Part shown: piece by piece, positions 58,279 through 64,000 of the stretch
Layout of the letters: the number at the start of each line of letters is the position of its first letter
Position numbering within the stretch: the stretch's first letter is position 1
From: Spirochaetota bacterium
GTDB lineage: Bacteria; Spirochaetota; B62-G9; DRHN01
Direction of reading: 5' to 3'
Length of the DNA stretch: 64,000 nt
Assembly (NCBI GenBank): GCA_016934265.1
Contig: JAFGTF010000145.1
Coordinates: 5,643 to 69,642 of the forward strand
Position numbers and translations under genes: made by a program
Notes under the pieces: model-generated
Databases searched by the model: none
The model's input: the letters and a program-made list of their open reading frames with translations, nothing else
What the model was told of the DNA's origin: nothing

Positions 58279-58584
58279 CGCCCCGCTCCCGCTGTAATTT
58301 TGGGGGGATGTAGCACCCTATATGCTCGTAACCGGTTCATAGAGAAAGGTTAAAGGCCCTTTTTACATAAAAGTGGTTTAACCCCCTCCTTTTTACAGAA
58401 AGCGGGATGAGCAGCCAAGGTGCACTAGAGCGATATCACAAAACACAAGAGAGAGCCGGTATGTATGGCAAAACAGCTCTATCTTCTGAACTGTTAATGT
58501 TTTATCAATGTAACGTTTCTTACCAAAGAGGTATGACAAAGGTACACTTTACATAAACCAAATATCAGGTATGGAGGAGAACTA

Positions 58585-60510
58585 ATGGCGAAAGAGCTGA
58601 AGTATGCTGATAAGGCATCACAGGCCATGGTTAAACGGGCGTGCGACGAAGAGATAAAGACGGTATGGGACAGATACGAGGATATGCAGCCGCAGTGCGG
58701 CTTCGGCACACTCGGTATCTGCTGTAAGAACTGTAGCATGGGACCCTGCAGGATAGACCCGTTCGGAGACGGACCGCAGGAGGGGATATGCGGGGCCAAC
58801 GCGGACACGATAGCGGCGAGGAATCTAGTGCGTATGGTCGCCGGAGGAGCGGCAGCGCATTCCGACCACGGACGTGATATCGCGCATACGCTGTTGATGG
58901 CAGCAGAGAACCCGGAGAGCGACTACAAGGTGAAGGACGCCGACAAGCTCAAACGGGTAGCGGCCGTCTACGGTATCAAAACGGACGGGAGAGAGATAAA
59001 AGAGATCGCAGCGGATGTCGCACGGGCCGCGCTTGAAGAGTTCGGGCGACAGGAGGGCGAAGTTCAGATGATAAAGAACGCTCCCGCCGCCAGGCAGAAG
59101 GTGTGGAAGGATCTCGGGGTGACCCCCCGTGCGATAGACCGTGAGATCGTGGAGATTATGCACCGCACGCATATAGGTGTGGACACGGAGTACAAGAACA
59201 TCGTCAAGCAGGGCATACGAGCCTCGATCGCCGACGGATGGGGCGGCTCCATGGTAGCGACCGAGCTCTCGGACATACTGTTCGGCCTGCCCAAACCGAT
59301 CAGGGCTACGGCAAACCTCGGAGTAATCGACAAGGACTACGTGAATCTCATCGTTCACGGGCACGAGCCCACCCTGTCGGATATCATCGCAACGGTGTCA
59401 CAGAAAAAAGAGCTCGTCGAAAAGGCGAAGAAGGCCGGGGCCAAGGGCATCAATCTCGCAGGGATCTGCTGTACGGCCAACGAGATACTGATGCGGCACG
59501 GGATAGCAGTCGCGGGGAGCGTTATGCAGCAGGAGCTCGCGGTGCTCACCGGCGCTGTCGAGCTGATGCTCGTCGATGTGCAGTGCCTCTATCCCGGACT
59601 CGAAACGGTGACCAAATGCTTTCACACGAAGCTCGTCACGACGTCGCCGAAGGCGAAGATGCCGGGCGCGGAGCACATTGAGTTTCACGAAGACCGTGCG
59701 GTCGAGATTGCAACGCAGATCATAGAGGCCGCCATCGACAACTTCAAGAACAGGAACAGTGAAAATATTCATATCCCGAAGAACACTGAGCGGCTCGTCG
59801 CGGGGTTTTCGGCGGAGTCGGTCTTCGATTTTCTCGGCGGAAAGTACAGGTCGACCTACCGCCCGCTCAACGACGCGGTAATAGCGGGGAGGATTCGCGG
59901 CGCGGCCGGCGTGATCGGCTGCTCCAATCCGAACGTTCCATACGAGGAAGGCCATATAAAAATGGTGAAGGAGCTCATAAAGAACGACGTGATCGTCGTT
60001 ACCACCGGATGCAACGCGATCTCGTGCGGCAAGCACGGGCTCTTACAGCCGGAAAGCGCGTTCAAGTATGCCGGAGAGGGACTCCAGGAGGTATGCAGGG
60101 CGGTGGGCATTCCTCCGGTACTGCATCTCGGGTCGTGCGTCGACAACTCCAGGATTCTCATGGTGCTCGCAAACGTTGTAGCCGAGGGAGGGCTCGGTAG
60201 TGACATCTCGGATCTGCCGGTTGCGGGAGCGGCACCCGAGTGGATGAGCGAGAAGGCTGTTTCGATCGGCATGTATTTCGTCGCCTCGGGAGTGTATACG
60301 ATGATCGGGCATCCGCTGCCGGTCATGGGGAGCAAAAACCTGTACAAGTACCTCACAGAAGAGATGGAGCAGGAAATAGGCGGGAAGTGGGCGTTCGAGC
60401 TCGACCCCATAAAGGCGGCACACAAGATGATCGAGCATATCGACAAGAAGAGGGCCGCGCTAAAGCTGAAGCCTTTGATGTACGCGCAGGCGTTCGAGCC
60501 TGTCGCATAA
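58585..60510 (+). CDS. cooS: anaerobic carbon-monoxide dehydrogenase catalytic subunit CooS
   Basis: N-terminal B/D-cluster Cys motif CGFGTLGICCKNCSMGPCRI, about 640 aa, and CooS-typical internal Cys/His motifs (GICCTANE, GCSNPN, TGCNAI, HLGSCVDNSR). Confidence 0.9.
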   Translation: MAKELKYADKASQAMVKRACDEEIKTVWDRYEDMQPQCGFGTLGICCKNCSMGPCRIDPFGDGPQEGICGANADTIAARNLVRMVAGGAAAHSDHGRDIAHTLLMAAENPESDYKVKDADKLKRVAAVYGIKTDGREIKEIAADVARAALEEFGRQEGEVQMIKNAPAARQKVWKDLGVTPRAIDREIVEIMHRTHIGVDTEYKNIVKQGIRASIADGWGGSMVATELSDILFGLPKPIRATANLGVIDKDYVNLIVHGHEPTLSDIIATVSQKKELVEKAKKAGAKGINLAGICCTANEILMRHGIAVAGSVMQQELAVLTGAVELMLVDVQCLYPGLETVTKCFHTKLVTTSPKAKMPGAEHIEFHEDRAVEIATQIIEAAIDNFKNRNSENIHIPKNTERLVAGFSAESVFDFLGGKYRSTYRPLNDAVIAGRIRGAAGVIGCSNPNVPYEEGHIKMVKELIKNDVIVVTTGCNAISCGKHGLLQPESAFKYAGEGLQEVCRAVGIPPVLHLGSCVDNSRILMVLANVVAEGGLGSDISDLPVAGAAPEWMSEKAVSIGMYFVASGVYTMIGHPLPVMGSKNLYKYLTEEMEQEIGGKWAFELDPIKAAHKMIEHIDKKRAALKLKPLMYAQAFEPVA

Positions 60511-60560
60511 AAAGACCGCATCCTAACGGTGCGATTTCAAATATGAAGTGAGGAAACGCG

Positions 60561-61097
60561 ATGGCTAAAACAATAGTGATAGAAATCGAAAGGTGCATGG
60601 GATGCAGGTCCTGCGAGTTCGCGTGTGCGGTGGCCCATTCCGGTTCGAAGGACCCCGAAACGATCGTCATAAGCGGGGATAAGCCCGGTTATAGGATCAA
60701 TATCGAGTCATACGGGCGTAACGCGGTTCCCGTGCACTGCAATCACTGCGAGGAGGCGGCATGCCTGCTGGCCTGTCCGACGGGAGCCATCCATAGGGAC
60801 AGCGATAAAGGCCCGGTGCTATTCGAGACGGAGCGGTGCATAAGCTGCAGGATGTGCGTCCAGGCTTGTCCCTTCGGTGTCATAACGATAAGCCCCTCGG
60901 GAAAAGGCGTCTTGAAATGCGACCTCTGCATCGAGCGGCTAAAAAAGGGTCAAGATCCCGCCTGTGTCGTGCACTGCCCGACCGGGGCGCTCCGCTTCAT
61001 CGAAGAGGAGGACGCCAGCAAGGCGAAACGGCAAAAGACGGCGAAGCGGCTGGTGGAGGCACGGCAGGCAACGGAAGGAATGGAGGGGGGAGACTGA
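60561..61097 (+). CDS. cooF: 4Fe-4S ferredoxin-type iron-sulfur protein CooF
   Basis: Four C-x2-C-x2-C-x3-CP clusters (CMGCRSCEFAC, CNHCEEAACLLACP, CISCRMCVQACP, CDLC...HCP). 178 aa. Confidence 0.8.
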   Translation: MAKTIVIEIERCMGCRSCEFACAVAHSGSKDPETIVISGDKPGYRINIESYGRNAVPVHCNHCEEAACLLACPTGAIHRDSDKGPVLFETERCISCRMCVQACPFGVITISPSGKGVLKCDLCIERLKKGQDPACVVHCPTGALRFIEEEDASKAKRQKTAKRLVEARQATEGMEGGD

Positions 61098-61099
61098 GA

Positions 61100-61372
61100 G
61101 TGAGCGAAAACCGCAAGATCATCGTGACGGTATGCGTGGGAAGCTCCTGTCATATCAAGGGCGCCCGTGACGTGATCATGCGCTTCAACGAGATGCTGAA
61201 AGAGGAGGGGATCGAAGACAAGGTCGAGCTGAAGGGGTCTTTCTGCATGGAGCGCTGCGGCGAGGGTATCAACTGGCAGATCGACGAAGAGCCGTTGACG
61301 AGCTCGTATGTGGACGACGCGGTAAAAGTCTTCCGCGAGAGGGTAATCAGGCCGGTTAAAGACGAAATGTGA
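61100..61372 (+). CDS. thioredoxin-like [2Fe-2S] ferredoxin (NuoE-fold small protein)
   Basis: C-x4-C (CVGSSC) and C-x3-C (CMERC) pairs in about 90 aa. GTG start 3 nt after the cooF stop, with a GGAGGGGGG RBS. Confidence 0.5.
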   Translation: MSENRKIIVTVCVGSSCHIKGARDVIMRFNEMLKEEGIEDKVELKGSFCMERCGEGINWQIDEEPLTSSYVDDAVKVFRERVIRPVKDEM

Positions 61373-61929
61373 TCATGCTCCGGCGCACGAAACGGGGGCA
61401 TATACGAGTGATGAAAGAAAAGAACGAACAGCAGAATACACCGTTGCACCAGAGCGCGATACTGGAACAGACGCCGAACGGTGTGCTGCTCGTAGACAGC
61501 AAGACGAATATCAGGTATGTGAACCCTTCGTTTCGCGAGATGTTTCACTGCAGCGGCGAGGAGCTCTTGAATCGGCCGGCGGCAAAGTTCGTTCATTCGG
61601 ACTGTTTTGAAAGGGCCATAGCGGTGGGCGGGAAGCTCATGGTCAAGGAAAGCGTTCCCGTTCACAAGGTGAGCTACCGTGTCGGGATATTCCCGATAGA
61701 GGGGGAGGATCTCTACTGCGGGATCTTCATCGATATTTCCGAAGAGGAGGACGCAAAGAAGCATTACCGCGAGCTGAGGGCGCAGACGCTGGAACGGGCC
61801 CAGGAGGTGATCTCCAGGCAGATGAAAACGGCCCAGGAGATCGCACGGCTTCTTGGAGAGACCACGGCGGAGACGAAGGTACTGCTCGTCAAGCTCATGT
61901 CACTGTTCAAGGAAGAAGGCACCCCATGA
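61369..61929 (+). CDS. PAS domain-containing sensor protein
   Basis: PAS-like core (ILEQTPNGVLLVDSKTNIRYVNPSFREMF...) with three conserved-looking Cys. GTG overlaps the upstream stop (ATGTGA); alternative ATG at 61411. Confidence 0.45.
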   Translation: MIMLRRTKRGHIRVMKEKNEQQNTPLHQSAILEQTPNGVLLVDSKTNIRYVNPSFREMFHCSGEELLNRPAAKFVHSDCFERAIAVGGKLMVKESVPVHKVSYRVGIFPIEGEDLYCGIFIDISEEEDAKKHYRELRAQTLERAQEVISRQMKTAQEIARLLGETTAETKVLLVKLMSLFKEEGTP

Positions 61930-63077
61930 AGCTGTTTTATGAATGGGGGACGAATCAGATCAGGAAGCACGGCGAGGAGTTGTGCGGAGACAGTATCGCG
62001 GTGTCGAGGCATCAAGATTCCGTGACCCTGGCGTTGTCCGACGGCCTGGGGAGCGGCGTGAAGGCGAATATTCTCGCTACGCTCACGACGAGCATCGCCA
62101 TGCACATGCTCGAAAACGATCTGCCCTTAGGCGAGGTGGTGCAGACGTTGAGTGAAACGCTGCCGGTGGACAGGGTCAGAAACCTCGCTTACAGTACCTT
62201 TGCAATAGCGAAGTTCCAGAGCAATGGACCGGCGTGGGTGGTGGAATTCGATTCTCCCTCCGCGATGCTGTTACGGCGGCGGAAGGTTGTTCCCCTCGTG
62301 TACGAAGACAGGGTGATCGACGGAAAAATGATACACGAGTCGGTCATCGACCTCGAGATCGGAGACTGGGTCGTATTCGTCTCGGATGGAGTGTTGAACG
62401 CGGGCATTGGGGGCGTATATCCGCTCGGCTGGGGATGGGAGCAGGCTGCCCATTTCCTCGAGGAGCACGCGCACAGGGAATTGACGGCCACCGCCCTGGC
62501 GGAAAAGATGTCGGAGGCCGTAAACGGGTTGTATGCGGGTGCTCCCGGCGACGACGTGAGCATCATCGTAATAAAGGTCCGTCACAAGGTCGTGACGAAT
62601 GTGTTCACGGGGCCGCCGGCGAACAGGGCCCTGGACTCGGAGATCGTATCGAAGTTTCTCAAGCGGTCGGGCACGCACGTGGTATGCGGCGGCACGACGG
62701 GAAAGATCGTTTCCCACCACATGGGGCAGCCGCTGGTGGTCGATCTGAATACGATGACCCCCGACGTTCCGCCTATCGCGCGGGTGGAAGGAATCGACCT
62801 GGTTTCGGAAGGCATTCTCACCCTCACCAGGGTGAACGATCTTCTGCGCTCAGGCGTGGACAAGGACACGGTGAAGTTCAATACGGACGGCGCGGCGAAC
62901 CTGATACGGTTCTTTCTTGACGCTGACCACATTCACTTTCTCGTCGGGCACGCGGTCAATCCCGCGCACCAGAACCCCGAGCTTCCGAACCAGCTCGGTA
63001 TCCGCATGCTGGTCGTCCAGGAGATCGGAGAGGAGCTTAGAAGGCGCGGCAAGGAGGTCAGCGTAGAGGCGGTGTGA
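61926..63077 (+). CDS. SpoIIE/RsbU-type PP2C serine phosphatase with C-terminal domain of unknown function
   Basis: PPM motifs CGDSIAV, LSDGLGSGVKA, FVSDGVLNAG and DDVSIIVI in the N-terminal 215 aa. The C-terminal 165 aa match no known family. ATGA overlap with the PAS gene. Confidence 0.55.
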   Translation: MKLFYEWGTNQIRKHGEELCGDSIAVSRHQDSVTLALSDGLGSGVKANILATLTTSIAMHMLENDLPLGEVVQTLSETLPVDRVRNLAYSTFAIAKFQSNGPAWVVEFDSPSAMLLRRRKVVPLVYEDRVIDGKMIHESVIDLEIGDWVVFVSDGVLNAGIGGVYPLGWGWEQAAHFLEEHAHRELTATALAEKMSEAVNGLYAGAPGDDVSIIVIKVRHKVVTNVFTGPPANRALDSEIVSKFLKRSGTHVVCGGTTGKIVSHHMGQPLVVDLNTMTPDVPPIARVEGIDLVSEGILTLTRVNDLLRSGVDKDTVKFNTDGAANLIRFFLDADHIHFLVGHAVNPAHQNPELPNQLGIRMLVVQEIGEELRRRGKEVSVEAV

Positions 63078-63088
63078 CGAAAGTCCGT

Positions 63089-63121
63089 CATGAGGTCTCG
63101 CGACCTCATTCCGGTTTTTTT
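63089..63121 (+). terminator. rho-independent terminator
   Basis: ATGAGGTC-tcgc-GACCTCAT hairpin followed by TCCGGTTTTTTT, 12 nt after the TGA at 63075-63077. Confidence 0.65.
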
Positions 63122-63372
63122 GCAGAAAACGACGAGGCCGAAGCCTCTTAACCGTTTTCTGCATACATGAATGACACTATATGTAAATGTCATTGCGAGC
63201 GAAGACCCTTCGGTCTTATATACACCACAATAGTCTTAAACAATTGTGGCTTGTACAGAAGCAATCGAATACTACCGGGATAAAAAGAATCCCGATAGTA
63301 TTACGGAAGAAAACGACGAGGTAGAAGCCTGTTGGCCATTTTATGTAAACATGACTGTCATTGCGAGCGTGA
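63118..63372. repeat. two copies of a roughly 70-bp direct repeat, the first forming a long perfect hairpin
   Basis: GAAAACGACGAGG(CC/TA)GAAGCCT at 63124 and 63309. GTCATTGCGAGCG at 63190 and 63355. Copy 1 forms TGCAGAAAACG...CGTTTTCTGCA (63120-63162) with a nested GAGGC-cgaa-GCCTC. Confidence 0.5.
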
Positions 63373-63458
63373 ATACTCAGCAGGAGTTTTTATGCGAAGC
63401 AATCTACAAATTTATATGATGACAAAAAACTTTGTAAAATAAAACAGGGGCATGCCCT

Positions 63459-63947
63459 ATGTCTGATAAACTTATCGAAGAGATTATACGACGTTACGAT
63501 GGGGACTCGGGAATGCTGATACCCATGATGCAGGATTTGCAGGCCGACAAGGGCTATCTGCCGCCGGAACGGCTTCGTACTCTGGCGAAGGAGCTATGTG
63601 TCCCGCTCGCCAGGATTTACCACGTTGCAACGTTTTATGCCTCTTTCCGGCTGGCTCCCAGGGGGCAGCACGACGTCACCCTCTGCATGGGTACGGTGTG
63701 CTACTTGAAAGGGGCCGGGAAGATCTCCGAGGCCATTTGCGAGGAGTACGGGATAGAGCCGGGCGGCACGACGGCGGACAGGCTTTTTACATTGCAGGCG
63801 GTCAACTGTGTGGGGGCCTGCGCACTCGCACCGGTTATGATAGTGGACGGCAAGTACTACGACGGGGTGACATCCGAGTCGGCGCTGAAGATAATTTCCG
63901 GGCTCAGCACGGAAGCCCCAACTGCGGAGGCGGAGGCTGGAGGGTGA
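63459..63947 (+). CDS. NuoE-like [2Fe-2S] subunit (HydC/HndA-type, hydrogenase or NADH dehydrogenase 24-kDa subunit)
   Basis: C-x4-C (CMGTVC) and C-x3-C (CVGACALAP) pairs and the NuoE-family pattern LQ..Q...GYLP in about 160 aa. Confidence 0.75.
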   Translation: MSDKLIEEIIRRYDGDSGMLIPMMQDLQADKGYLPPERLRTLAKELCVPLARIYHVATFYASFRLAPRGQHDVTLCMGTVCYLKGAGKISEAICEEYGIEPGGTTADRLFTLQAVNCVGACALAPVMIVDGKYYDGVTSESALKIISGLSTEAPTAEAEAGG

Positions 63948-63959
63948 GCATGAAAGTTG

Positions 63960-64000
63960 AGGGGCGCATTGCAAGCAAGGCGGAGTTCGAGCGACTGCAG
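63960..64000 (+). CDS. partial CDS (5' end only), next gene of the hydrogenase-type operon
   Basis: ATG at 63960 (MKVEGRIASKAEFERLQ...) 13 nt after the previous stop. Truncated by the window edge. Confidence 0.3.

Noticed and set aside
59398-60521. Several 130-220-aa minus-strand ORFs inside cooS
   Set aside because: CooS on the + strand has diagnostic cluster-binding Cys motifs. The antisense ORFs are Arg-rich, low-complexity and without RBS.
1-64000. Search for CRISPR arrays, tRNA or tmRNA genes, IS elements or integrases
   Set aside because: No regularly spaced direct repeats were seen. No cloverleaf-compatible 70-90-nt segments with a T-psi-C or anticodon pattern were recognised by eye. 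No transposase or integrase-like ORFs were seen. A covariance-model scan (tRNAscan-SE or Infernal) would be needed to exclude tRNAs fully.

Overview
This is a 64-kb chromosomal window from a GC-rich bacterium, probably a diderm anaerobe (it has a type-A RNase P RNA, a Blc lipocalin, a CODH and a hydrogenase). Gene density is high, and most genes after about 11 kb lie on the + strand.

Content in order:
- 0.1-10.7 kb: a divergent SDR gene, then a nine-gene minus-strand carbohydrate-processing operon (GH beta-propeller, FGGY kinase, SDR, PhnW-like class V aminotransferase, DUF4432-like, UroD-family, DegT aminotransferase, Gfo/Idh/MocA).
- 10.7-15.1 kb: an AT-richer polysaccharide-modification islet (TylF-like methyltransferase, GT2, CapK-like adenylate-forming enzyme).
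- 15.2-18.2 kb: a TAXI-type TRAP transporter.
- 18.2-20.2 kb: catalase, preceded by a 550-bp leader that carries strong palindromes.
- 20.5-43 kb: a long run of small redox and accessory genes. These include DUF3795, YkgJ, PNPOx, a beta-lactamase-family hydrolase, a lipoprotein with an HExxH motif, a CGGC protein, a CPBP protease, PhzF and an SDR whose 3' end is tandemly duplicated. It continues with YbaK, DsrE-like, RmuC, QueH, an alkyltransferase-like MGMT protein, lipocalin, a glutaredoxin plus ferredoxin-thioredoxin-reductase-like pair, Fe-ADH and a thioesterase.
- 43-57 kb: a housekeeping block (rnhA, rnpB RNase P RNA whose P1 helix overlaps the rnhA stop, plsY, der, ptsI, CapA, GAF, mltG, dnaG, rpoD, yjbQ).
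- 57.5-64 kb: a carbon-monoxide dehydrogenase cluster, cooC then cooS-cooF-[2Fe-2S] ferredoxin-PAS-PP2C phosphatase with overlapping start and stop codons. A repeat- and hairpin-rich spacer follows, then the first gene (NuoE/HydC-like) of an apparent hydrogenase operon.

No CRISPR array, tRNA or obvious mobile element was seen. The many long ORFs antisense to real genes are GC-driven shadow ORFs.
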